Source: Octopus vulgaris (taxonomy: Eukaryota). Taken from it: a stretch of DNA of 64,000 nucleotides. A model generated the notes under the pieces. It was not told the DNA's origin, searched no databases, and saw only the letters and a program-made list of their open reading frames with translations. Made by a program: the position numbers and the translations under genes. Positions 51,687-64,000 of the stretch are shown piece by piece. Where the stretch lies: NCBI GenBank assembly GCA_951406725.2, contig OX597838.1, positions 28,210,001-28,274,000 of the forward strand, given 5' to 3'. Within the stretch, counting starts at the first letter, position 1. Every line of letters begins with the position of its first letter.

Positions 51687-51909
51687 TTAGAGATAAAACC
51701 ACTATTAGGCAAATCAAAAGGTGAAAAATATAAACCAAAACATAGAAAAATTAATTAATATAATATACAAAATATATAAAATATAAAATTCAAATTTTGA
51801 ATTTTAAATTTTCTATATTTTCTATATTATATTAATTAATTTTTCTATGTTTTGGTTTATATTTTTCACCTTTTGATTTGCCTAATAGTGGTTTTATCTC
51901 TAATTTAAT
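51681..51909. repeat. Near-perfect 229-bp AT-rich palindrome in (TA)n
   Basis: 114-bp arms centred on 51795. Confidence 0.9.
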
Positions 51910-52426
51910 ATATATATATAAATAGTTGGGAAGCAAGCGTCTTACCATACAGCCACACTTGCACTTATAGACATATATGCAGGTATGTATGTACATATCA
52001 GGACAATTACCCCCTCCATAGGAGGTAATTGTCCTGATATGGAGTTCATTTCACAATATAGTGAAGATATGACATGATATAGGTAAAGAAATTTGAAAAG
52101 AAAATACGAAACCGGTTACTTCTCCCAAAATTATGTTACTATACACAAAATTTTATAACATTTTTCTAACATAATGACTTAAATATATTCTTTAACCATA
52201 TAACACAAGCCTTCTGTAGTTTTTTCCATCTTTTTTGTCTTTTATATATATATATACACACATACCTATATATACATACACACACACACACATATATATA
52301 TATACATACACATATATACATACACTTACCTATATATACATACATACACATACCTATATATACATACATACACATACCTATATATACATACATACACATA
52401 CCTATATATACATACATACACATACC

Positions 52427-52464
<38 letters not shown>

Positions 52465-54196
52465 CACATACATACACATACATACATACACACACACACA
52501 ATCAGAGTAAATACAAACATATTGGTATACACATTCACTTGTGTCTATTTGTGTCTTTTACACAATACGTCAGCTGCCAATATGACCCGCAGTTATTTGA
52601 ATTATGTCAGCTGTTTATTTTAATTTATTGTGTTACAAATACTCTATGCATTATGTATTTAATGCTACATCTCGTTATTGGTAAATTTTTTTATTTATTT
52701 TCTGACTTATTGGAGTATCAGAAAAAATGCTTCGTGTTGGTTCTACCGGCTATTTACATTCTGATTTCAAATCCCTTTAATGTTACGTTCAACTCATCCT
52801 TTCCAAGTTGATAAATTAAGTACCAGTTGTGTACTGAGGTCGAATGTGGTTGACTATCCCCTTCCCCCAAATTTCATCATCATCATTTAACATGTTTTCC
52901 ATGGTGGGATGGGTTGGATGGTCGACAGGATCTAAGGAGCAACAAGGACATGTTAATCTCCAATGTCTGCTTCGGAATGGGTTTTTTTTTTTTTTTTTTT
53001 TTACAGGTGGCTGCCCTTCCTAACACCAACCTATTTTTTTCCCCCAGAGTGTACTGAGTGATCCTTTATTTTTAGGCAGGGACGGGACGGGGGGGTGGCA
53101 CCAGCACTAGTGAGGGTGCTATATAAACTTGCAAGACAGACAGAGAACAAGGAAAAAAAGAGGGGAAAAAAACAAGATCTCATTACTAAAAGAGGGAGTG
53201 TTTGGTAGAGGAAGGTAGAGGTGGATGGCTTTATGCCAGGTGTTGAAAGACTAAAGTAATAACAGAAGGACAAACAAGTGTCTTGCAGTGGAGGAGATAC
53301 CTGGCTGAAGGAGATAAAAGGAAGGTGGTGATGGGGGTGGGAGAGAAAAGTGTCAAGGTAAAAGAGGGGGAGAATAAGAGAGAGGATGGAGTGGATCATG
53401 GGGGTGGGGGGATGAGTGTGGATGCTCTCATAAGAGGGTGAAGGTGGAGGAACAGATGGTTAAAGATGGGAGTAGGGAGTGAATATAGGGAGGAGGAGTG
53501 GTTGAAGAGAGATACCAGTATGAAGAGGAGTAGGCTGAGAGATATAGGAATGGCCAGGAAGAGGGATAGAACAGCAAGTAGTGGGATGATGTAGGTGTAA
53601 GAGCTATATACATACACACACATATACATACATGCACACAAATACACATACACACATACACACACACACACACACATACATACACACATGCACACACATA
53701 CATACACACACACACACATGCATACATACATACATACACATACATACACAAAACACATACATACATACACACACATACATACACAAAACACATACATACA
53801 CACATACACACATATACACACACATACACACACAAAACACATACATACACAAATACACATACATACACACAAACACACATATACATACACACAAACATAC
53901 ATACATACACACAAACACACAGACATAAACACATATATACACACATATTTACACATATACACACACACATATGCATGTAAAATATATAAGAACACATATA
54001 TACAAATACATATATATATACACATAAACGCCCTGGGTCCTCTATGCAGAATAGATGCAATATAAACATACAAAAACAGCGTGTGCATGTATGTATGTGT
54101 TGTAACATTACTGCACAATTCAGCATGTATGTATATTCGTGTGTCTGTGTGTGAAGATGGTTACATATATGTGTGTGCATATGTATATACTATTTT

Positions 54197-54229
<33 letters not shown>

Positions 54230-54402
54230 CTCTTTACTCTTTACTCTTTTACTTGTTTCAGTCATTTGACTGCGGCCATGCTGGAGCACCGCCTTTTAGT
54301 ACTTATTCTATCAGTCTCTTTTGCCGAACCGCTAAGTAACGGGGACATAAGCACACCAGCATCGGTTGTCAAGCAATGCTAGGGGGACAAACACAAACAC
54401 AC

Positions 54403-54439
<37 letters not shown>

Positions 54440-54602
54440 CGACAGGCTTCTTTCAGTTTCCGTCTACCAAATCCACTCACAAGGCTTTGGTCGGCCCGGG
54501 GCTACAGTAGAAGACACTTGCCCAAGATGCCACGCAGTGGGACTGAACCCGGAACCATGTGGCAGGTAGACAAGCTACTTACCACACAGCCACTCCTGCG
54601 CC
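54230..54602 (-). mobile_element. SINE family A
   Basis: Reverse complement with (TTTTACTC)n tail. Confidence 0.83.
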
Positions 54603-56747
54603 TATATATATACGTACAAAACCTACTATATAAACGCACATGTGCACGCACGCATGCACATACGCACACATACTTATTGCTTTTATCCTATACGTATGAA
54701 TGCACATAGAGAAGTGGCACTAATTAAAAAATAATTCATCATAGATGCAATTATAGTCTTGGGTATCCTTTCCTGGAATTAAGGGAGTGTGTGGGAGGAG
54801 CGGGTGAGTGGGGTGGGGTGGGACGGAATAATACATCAAACATAAAATAACATGTACATCTGTCTGCTACAACCGGTTCTGGCAAATGTAAACCGTTACA
54901 TCATGCTTAAAATAAAAATAATAATAATAACAATAATACTAATAATACTAATACTACTACTAATAATAATAATAATAACAATAATGATGATAATTTATAA
55001 TAATAATAATAATTATTATTATTATTTATAACATAAACACCAGACCTGAAATTAAGTGTGGGAAAAGGGCTAGTCCAACAAATCAACACCACCACCAACC
55101 AGTACTTGACTGGTACTTTATGTTATTGACCTAGGAGGGATGAAAGGCAAAGTTGAGCCCAGTAAGATTTGAACTCAGAACATAAAGAGACTGAATAAAT
55201 ACCATTTGGCATTCTGCCAAACATTAAGGATTCTGCCAATCTGGTGCAATAACAATGGTTTCAAATTTCGGCACAAGGCCAGCAGTTTTTCTAAGGAGCA
55301 GGGAGAGGATTACATCAACCCCTGTACTTGACTGGTATTTATTTTATTGAGTCTGAAAGGATGAAAAACAAAGTCAGCCTAGGTAGGATTTGAACTCAGA
55401 ATGTAAAGATGGGCAAAATGCTGCTAAGCTTTTTTCCCTGGCTAACAATTCTGCCAGCTCACCACCCTAATAATAATAATAATAATAATAATGATAATAA
55501 TAATAATCCTTTCTACGGGAAGCACAAGGCCCCAAATTTGGGGGAAAGGATTAAGTTGATTACATTGACTCCAGTGCATAACCGGTACTTATTTAATCAA
55601 CCCCGAATGGATGAAAGGCAAAGTTGACCCCGGTGGAATTTGAACTCAGAATGTAGCGACAGATGAAATGCCGCTAAGCATTTCGCCTGGTGTGCTAACA
55701 ATTCTGCCAGCTCAACACCCTAATAATGATGATGATAATAATAATAATAATCCTTTCTACTACAGGCACAAGGCCTGACATTTGGTGGGAAGGGACTAGT
55801 TGATTACATTGGTCCCAGTGTTTCACTGGTACTTAATTTATTGACCCCAGAAGGGTGAAAAAGCAAAGACAGCCTCAACAGAATTCAAACTCAGAATGTA
55901 AAAATGGGTGAAACCCTGCTAAGCATTTCCCCCTGGCATGCTAATGATTCAGTCACCCTAATAATACTAATAATAACAGCAACGACAATGCTTTGAAATT
56001 TTGGAACATGTATGAGGCTAGTCAATTACATCCACCCAAGAACTAGATTGATGCTTTAGTTTCCTTAACCCTGGAGGGATGAAAGGCAAAGTCGAGCTTG
56101 GCAGAATTCGAACTCGGAATGTAATGAGCTGGAAAAATGGTAAGCATTTTGTCTGTAGACTAAAAATTCTGCCAGCTCACCAATTTAAAAATAAAATATC
56201 TTTATCTTATATGGTAGCATACTGTTTCTTTCTCCATTCCTGATTTTTCTCTCTTCAGACAGGTAACCTTGTACTACCTTTACAGCAAGACACCTGTTTC
56301 TGCCTCACTATAACCTTTTCATCATCACCTCCTCCAATGCCCCCTCCCCTCTTGAAAGTTTTTTTTTTTTTATTTTAATGTCTTGCAAGTACTTGGTGAC
56401 CCTGACAGTGCAGGTGCCACTTAGAAGTACCCAGTCCACACTGTAAAGTGGTTGGTCTTTGGAAGGGGCATCCAGCTGTAAAAACTTTGCCAAAACTGAC
56501 CTCACCTCTGCTTGTGCCACATAAAAAGCGCTACGTCCACCCTGCTGAATGGTTGGTGTCAGGAAGGGCATCCCGCTGTAAAAACTTTGCCAAAACTAAC
56601 CTCGCCTGCGCTTGTGTGCTATGTAAAACACACTACTCACCTCGCCTGTGCTACATAAAAAGCACTAAGTCCACCCTGCTGAATGGTTGGTGTCAGGAAG
56701 GGCATCCACCTGTAAAAATCCTGCTAAAACAATTGGCTCCTGTCAAA

Positions 56748-56980
56748 CCTATTTCTTTACTACCCACAAGGGGCTAAACACAGAAGGGACAAACAAGGAC
56801 AGACAAACGGATTAAGTCGATTATATCAACCCCAGTGCGTAACTGGTTCTTAATTTATCGACCCTGAAAGGATGAAAGGCAAAGTCGACCTCGGCGGAAT
56901 TTGAAATCAGAACGTAGCGGCAGGCGAAATACCGCGAAGCATTTCGCCCAGCGTGCTAACGTTTCTGCCAGCTCGCCGCC
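56748..56980 (-). mobile_element. SINE family B
   Basis: Reverse complement of 8206-8440. Confidence 0.82.
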
Positions 56981-57067
56981 ATCAAACCGCCCCATCCATG
57001 CCAGCATGGAAGGCGGAAGTTGAACGACGATGATAATGATGATTAAGAATTCTACCAGCATGCCATG

Positions 57068-57098
<31 letters not shown>

Positions 57099-57426
57099 TA
57101 ATAATAATTAATGTGCACTAAAAATAAATCCTTATTTGATCAGTAATAAATCACAGCAAACATGGATGCGCCAAGAACATTTGACATCTCGATTAATAAA
57201 TAAAAAAATAGACAATGGCGACAGGATTGCGCCGGAAACAAATGTAATCTTAATGTAAATCGTTGATCAGAGCTAATAAAAAGTCAGCTCTTAATTTGAA
57301 TTTCATGGCAGTAAAACGAGGAGAGATAAATCTTCCCTTGGATAAGACATCTATCGATATCAGGTGACATGCCCAGATGGACTAACAGTTATCTGCGCAT
57401 TTGTATGACTATCTACACACATATTC

Positions 57427-57465
<39 letters not shown>

Positions 57466-57587
57466 TCAATAAATGGTGGGGTTGTGTTGACCGTACGTGG
57501 AGAAATGATAAGCAAGGAAAAATTGTAAAAATGCAGAATGCTAAATTGAAAGAAAATTTTAATGAAAATGGGTGTATGGAAAAAGTT

Positions 57588-57594
57588 TTTGAGA

Positions 57595-57625
<31 letters not shown>

Positions 57626-58500
57626 AGAAATATATATATATACATACACATATATATACATATATTTTGAGAAATATATATATATACATACATACACATA
57701 TATATATATTTGAGAAATATATATATATACATACATACACATATATATATATTTGAGAAATATATATATATATATACATACATACACATATATATATATT
57801 TGAGAAATATATATATATATATATACATACATACACATATATATATATTTGAGAAATATATATATATACATACATACACATATATATATATTTGAGAAAT
57901 ATATATATATATATACATACATACACATATATATATATTTGAGAAATATATATATATATATATATATACATACATACACATATATATATATTTGAGAAAT
58001 ATATATATATATATACATACATACACATATATATATATTTGAGAATATATATATATATATACATACATACACATATATATATATTTGAGAAATATATATA
58101 TATATATACATACATACACATATATATATATTTGAGAAATATATATATATATATATACATACATACACATATATATATATTTGAGAAATATATATATATA
58201 TATACATACATACACATATATATATATTTGAGAAATATATATATATATATACATACATACACATATATATATATTTGAGAAATATATATATATATATACA
58301 TACATACACATATATATATTTGAGAAATATATATATATATATACATACATACACATATATATATATTTGAGAAATATATATATATATATACATACATACA
58401 CATATATATATATTTGAGAAATATATATATATATACATACACATATATATACATACACATAAATATACATATATATATTTGAGAAATATATATATACATA
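57588..58500. repeat. About 44-bp minisatellite (TTGAGAAA + TA/CA microsatellite), about 20 units
   Basis: Regular recurrence of ttgagaaa. Confidence 0.92.
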
Positions 58501-58671
58501 CACACACACATTCTCATAAATACATACACACACACACATTCTCGTACATACACACAGACATTCACACCTTTATTCTATTTACGCATCCACTTTCTCATAC
58601 TCACACACATTGTCAAGCACATAATTTAGACACAAAGCCACAAGTTCAGAAGAGAGTGGCATCACTATTAA

Positions 58672-58892
58672 CCCTTTTGTTACTGTATTTATCTTGAGAT
58701 ACTCTGTGTTTCTTTCAATTACTTTAAATGTAACAAAGAAGTTAGTAAAATAACTTAGTCATCATTCAGCTAGTGTTAGGAATATAAATTGTGACTAAGG
58801 TTTGGTGGAAGGTTTTAATTCAGAACTTATGAAAACAAGACACTTGTACTACAGAACCATAGCCGGTTTCGGCCGGGTTAGTAACAAAAGGG
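58672..58892. mobile_element. Same TTAA MITE
   Basis: TTAA-cccttttgttac ... gtaacaaaaggg-TTAA. Confidence 0.85.
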
Positions 58893-59266
58893 TTAAACTG
58901 CCCCCAGTATTTGACAGGTACTTTGTATAAATTTTTTGTGGGGGATGGTGGAAGGGAGGTTAGGGTTTATTGTCAGAAACACAATTTTTTGTATGTCAAT
59001 GTAACCCAAATAACAATCTTAGAATCGTAGGATACAGCATGAATTTCACAGCTGTTAGTTTTGTATCTACCAACTCGACTTACACTCATGGCCAAAATCT
59101 AAAACTCAACTCAAATAACATTCGTGTATCCATCACAAATAGATGCAGCTTTTTATTTTTAAAGTGTTTTTTACTCTCTTTTTTTTTAATCCTCTCCTTC
59201 AAACATTCACATGTCAAAATCAACGGGAGTGGCCATCACTCTCATCATCATCATTATTATTATTAA

Positions 59267-60702
59267 CCCTTTTGTTACCATACACCTATGAGATGCTTTG
59301 TGTTTCTTTCAATTGATTTTAAATATAACAAAGAATTTAGTAAAATAACTTAGTTATCATTAAGCTAGTGTTAGGAACATAAATTGTGACTAAGATTTGG
59401 TGGAAGATTTTAATTTAAAACTTATGAAAACAAGACATTTGTACTCAGAGTCAGAGCCGGTTTCAGCTGGGTTGGAAGTGAAAGGGTTAGAATTGTTTCT
59501 CTGTTATATATTTTAGCCCTTTTGTTACCATATTTGTGGAGATGCTTTGTGTTTCTTTCAATTGATTTTAAATATAACAAAGAATTTAGCAAAATAACTT
59601 AATTATCATTCAGCTAGTGTTAGGAGCATAAATTGTGATTAAGGTTTGGTGGAAGATTTTAATTCAAAACTTATGAAAACAAGACATAAGTACAACAGAG
59701 CCAGAGGTGGTTTCAGTCAGGTTGGTACCAAAAGTGTTAATGCTATTATATATTTTAATCTTTTTGTTACCATATTTCTGTTGAGATGCTCTCTGTTTCT
59801 TTCAATTAATTTTAAATATAACAAAGAATTTAGTAAAATGACTTAATTATCATTCAGCTAGTGTTAGGAACATAAATTGTGACTAAGGTCAATTGGTGGA
59901 AGATTTTAATTCCAAACTTATGAAAACAAGACATAAGTACAACAGAGCCAGGGGTGGTTTCAGCTGGGTTGGTAACAAAAGGGTTAATGCTTTAACCATT
60001 TTGCTGCTATATTTCTGTTGAGATGCTCTCTGTTTCTTTCAATTAATTTTAAATATAACAAAGAATTTAGTAAAATGACAGTTATCATTAAGCTAGTGTT
60101 AGGAACATAAATTGTGACTAAGGTTTGGTGGAAGATTTTAATTCAAAACCTGTGAAAACAAGACATTTGTACTAAAGAGCCAGAGGTGGTTTCAGTCGGG
60201 TTTGTATCAAAAGGGTTAATGCTTTAACCATTTTGCTGCTATATTTCTGTTGAGATGCTCTGTGTTTCTTTCAATTAATTTTAAATATAACAAAGAATTT
60301 AGTAAAATAACTTAATTATCTTTAAGCTAGTGTTAGGAACATAAATTGTGACTAAGATTTGGTGGAAGATTTTAATTCAAAACTTTTGAAAACAAGACAT
60401 TTATACTACAGAGCCAGAGGTGGTTTCAGCTGGGTTGGTAACAAAAGGGTTAAGAATTGTTTCTCTATTATATATTTTAATCTTTTTGTTACCATATCTC
60501 TGTTGAGATGCTCTCTGTTTCTTTCAATTAATTTTAAATATAACAAAGAATTTAGTAAAATAACTTAATTATCTTTAAGCTAGTGTTAGGAACATAAATT
60601 GTGACTAAGATTTGGTGGAAGATTTTAATTCAAAACTTTTGAAAACAAGACATTTGTACTACAGAGCCAGAGGTGGTTTCGGCTGGGTCGGTATCAAAAG
60701 GG
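59267..60702. repeat. Head-to-tail array of six copies of the 220-bp TTAA MITE
   Basis: Unit ends at about 59486, 59736, 59983, 60215, 60449 and 60702, each with an aaaggg-ttaa-like terminus. Confidence 0.9.
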
Positions 60703-61519
60703 TTAAGGTGGTGAGCTGGCAGAAATGTTAGCATGCTGGACAAGATATTAAAGGCATTTTGTCCATCTTTTTCATTTCATCCATCTTTACACTATGGATT
60801 CAAAATCCATTGAGGTTGACTTTGCTTTTCATCCACCCGAGGCTGATGAAATAAGTACCAGTGGAGCACTGGGGTCGATGTAATCAACTCTCTCTCTCTC
60901 TCTCTCTCTCTCTCCACCAAATTTTAGGCATTGTGCTCATGACGATTACCACTATCATCATCATCATCATCATTATACAGGTCAGTGGGCAGTGAGTCAT
61001 AATTCCATATCACAATGTAGACTTGTGTTAGTTGTTGACTTTACTCTTCTTCAAATCATTCAGACAGCCACGAAGATTGTTTAAACCCAAGCGAGGCAGG
61101 TAGGCGTGTGGGAGCAGGTGTGTGGAGGGGACACCATACAAACTCTGAACAACTTAGACAAGAATTTCTTCATCACCTATGAAAACTGAATAAACAAAGA
61201 GAACAGGTAAGGCCAAATGCTACAACAAAGGAGGAATGGAGGAGAGGAGTGTGAGTGGCGAGGTTGGAGGGCCATGGAGTTTTATGGCTTATTATGTCAC
61301 CAGACAATACATTTACTCAGTGAGAAACATGATAGGGTTGTAAAACGATAAATTTCATGTTTGTGAGGTTATTGTAATTTTGGAGGGGAGTACATTTTTT
61401 TTCAGTTGGTGTAAAAGAGGGTGATGGCTGGAGGAAAGAGTAGAGATAGACGGAACCTCTTAATGAAGCACTGGGAAAAAGGGGCATTCATTAAAGGGTT
61501 GGGATAAACAGGCACACAT

Positions 61520-62590
61520 TGTAGGGCTGGGAGGAGAAGGCACACGTCATAGGGCTGGGAGAAAAAGGCACACGTCGCAGGTCCAGGAGGAGAAGGCACG
61601 TGTCGCATGGCCGGGAAGAGAAGGCGTGCGTCGCATGGCCGGGAGGAGAAGGCGTGCGTCGCATGGCCGGGAGGAGAAGGCGTGCGTCGCAGGGCCGGGA
61701 GGAGAAGGCGTGCGTCGCAGGGCCGGGAGGAGAAGGCGTGCGTCGCAGGGCCGGGAGGAGAAGGCGTGCGTCGCAGGGCCGGGAGGAGAAGGCGTGCGGC
61801 GCAGGGCCGGGAGGAGAAGGCGTGCGGCGCAGGGCCGGGAGGAGAAGGCGTGCGGCGCAGGGCCGGGAGGAGAAGGCGTGCGGCGCAGGGCCGGGAGGAG
61901 AAGGCGTGCGGCGCAGGGCCGGGAGGAGAAGGCGTGCGGCGCAGGGCCGGGAGGAGAAGGCGTGCGGCGCAGGGCCGGGAGGAGAAGGCGTGCCGCAGGG
62001 CCGGGAGGAGAAGGCGTGCGGCGCAGGGCCGGGAGGAGAAGGCGTGCGGCGCAGGGCCGGGAGGAGAAGGCGTGCGGCGCAGGTCCGGGAGGTGAAGGCA
62101 TGCGTCGCAGGGCCGGGAGGAGAAGGCATACGTTGCAGGTCCGGGAGAAGGCGTGCATCGCAGGGCCGGGAGGAGAAGGCGTGCGTCGCAGGGCCGGGAG
62201 GAGAAGGCATGCGTCGCAGGGCCGGGAGAAGAAGGCATGCATCGCAAGGCTGGGAGGAGAAGGCGTGTGTCACAGGGCCGGGAGGAGAAGGCGTGTGTCG
62301 CAGGGCCGGGAGGAGAAGACGTGCGTCGCAGGTCCGGGAGGAGAAGACGTGCGTCGCAGGGCCAGGAGGAGAAGGCGTGCGTCACAGGGAGGAGAAGGCG
62401 TGCGTCGCAGGGCCGGGAGGAGAAGGCGTGCATCGCAAGGCCGGGAGGAGAAGTCACGCATCGTAGGGCCAGGACTAGAAGGCACATGTCACAGTACCAG
62501 GAGGAGAAGGCATGCGTCTCAGGGCCAGGAGGAGAAGGTGCGTGTCGCAGGGCCGGGAGGAGAAAGCATGTGTCACAGGGCCGGGAACAT
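61520..62590. repeat. GC-rich 28-bp minisatellite (gcagggccgggaggagaaggcgtgcggc)n
   Basis: About 38 units, homogeneous centre and degenerate flanks. Confidence 0.95.
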
Positions 62591-63553
62591 ATAGGCCTGG
62601 GAGATGGAGGCATAAATTTCAGGGCTCAAAGAAGAGGAGATGCATATTTCAGGGCTAAGAAAAGAGGGGTGCATGTTAAAGGGATAGGACAAGGCACACA
62701 TTGCAAGGCTGGGACAAAGAGGCACACATTGTAAAATGGGGGAATGAAATGTACATTATAGGGTTAATGGAAGTGGGGTACACATAGGGCTGAGAGAGAG
62801 AGAGGGGCATACACTGGAGAACTGGAAGGAAGGGAAGAGGAGATTCACTTTCAGACTGGAAGAATTGAGCACATATTGTAGAGCCAAGAGAATTGAGACA
62901 CATCTTATAGGGAGGGGATAAGGGAAGTGGGCATACATTGTATGGTTGGAAGAAGTGGGACAAAGGGAATGCACATTAAAAATCTGGCAGAAGGGTTGAA
63001 ATAAAGGAAGATACACATTATAGAGCTGGGGTAAGGGGGGGGACATACAGTAGGACTGGGAACAGGGTTTTCATATTGTCAGGTTGGCCTAGGGTACTGA
63101 ATGCTCTGGTACTATCCCTGCCCATTGCCTACAAACAGAAATCATATTTTCCCTGAAATATATAAATTAATTGTGAAACTGATTCTTAATTATTTGAAAT
63201 TATCTCCTCTTTTCGATATCCACAAGGGTCTTGTCTTTCTCCCACTAAGAGACAAGTATTTGCAATTATTTGAGGTTTTTCCTTTTTTCGTGTGCATATG
63301 TCATTCAGTAGATCCCTATTAACATATAATATTTAGTCCCAGACAGGGCCAGGTTCCTGGGTAAAGCATTGCACAAGGGCCTCTACATACACAACTACTC
63401 CTTTGGGCACCCTAACTCTGCAGGCCCCCTACCACCACCACCACCACAGGCAACTACCCAGTGTGCCCAAGTTTTAAGATCGTATGACTCCAAGATGCAC
63501 TGTGTCAGAGAAAAGCAAGCTGGTCATGGTTGGAGCATCCTTCAATAAAGGTA

Positions 63554-63870
63554 CAAGGTGCATCCCGGAAGTTTTGAGACATTTTCAAGAGAGACATTTA
63601 TTAATTTGAAAAAAGTACAAAACTCTAATCTCATTCAGAGTATGATCCTCTTATCTGACTCTAATGCCCTTGTTGTATTGCTGAAGCCACTTTGTGAAGG
63701 CCCCCGTGGAAGTCCCCCAGAGTGCAGGTGTCCAGGACCCTTGTCACAGCATCCCTTATCTTCTCAATGTCTTCAAAATGACTGTTCCCCACCCCACCCC
63801 ACCCCACCCAAGGTACTCCTTCAGCTTCGGGAACAACCAAAAGTCACAGGGACACAGGTCTGGACTGTTG
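63554..63870 (-). mobile_element. Mariner 3-prime remnant
   Basis: Minus strand reads NSPDLCPCDFWLFPKLK near 63815-63870. TIR-like TA-caaggtgcatcccggaagt at 63552. Confidence 0.7.
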
Positions 63871-64000
63871 GCAAAGTGAAGGACAAGGTGGTGAGCTGGT
63901 AGAAACGTTACCACATTGTGGGTAGTAAAGAAATAGGTATTTCATCTGCCGTTACGTTCTGAGTTCAAATTCCGCTGAGGTCGACTTTGCCTTTCATCCT

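Noticed and set aside
57588-58500. CRISPR-like regularly spaced repeat
   Set aside because: The spacers are microsatellite, not unique. The context is a eukaryotic intron with no cas genes.
61402-62734. Long Pro/Arg-rich ORFs on both strands
   Set aside because: By-products of a stop-free 28-bp tandem repeat, with no splice or domain evidence.

Overview
AT-rich, microsatellite- and transposon-dense eukaryotic DNA. The repeat families look like those of an Octopus/coleoid cephalopod genome, which is an inference. The window lies inside one large minus-strand gene, a multi-domain M14B metallocarboxypeptidase (carboxypeptidase D, CPD/silver-like). I can thread 16 GT-AG exons in frame from 43943 down to 1596 (2881 nt, about 960 codons). 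They cover the end of CP repeat 1, all of repeats 2 and 3, and the start of a fourth repeat. Neither gene end is in the window. Repeat 2 keeps all catalytic residues. Repeat 3 is degenerate, and repeat 1 has Tyr in place of the catalytic Glu. The introns hold several tRNA-derived SINE families, Tc1/mariner remnants, TTAA (piggyBac-type) MITEs in tandem arrays, hAT and Helitron/Helentron-type MITEs, a solo LTR, CR1 and R4/Dong LINE ends, long palindromes and minisatellites. The most notable non-coding observation is a 552-nt in-frame four-exon cassette bracketed by an inverted intronic duplication and by two sense-strand minimal hammerhead-ribozyme-like motifs. Most ORFs in the supplied track are microsatellite artefacts.
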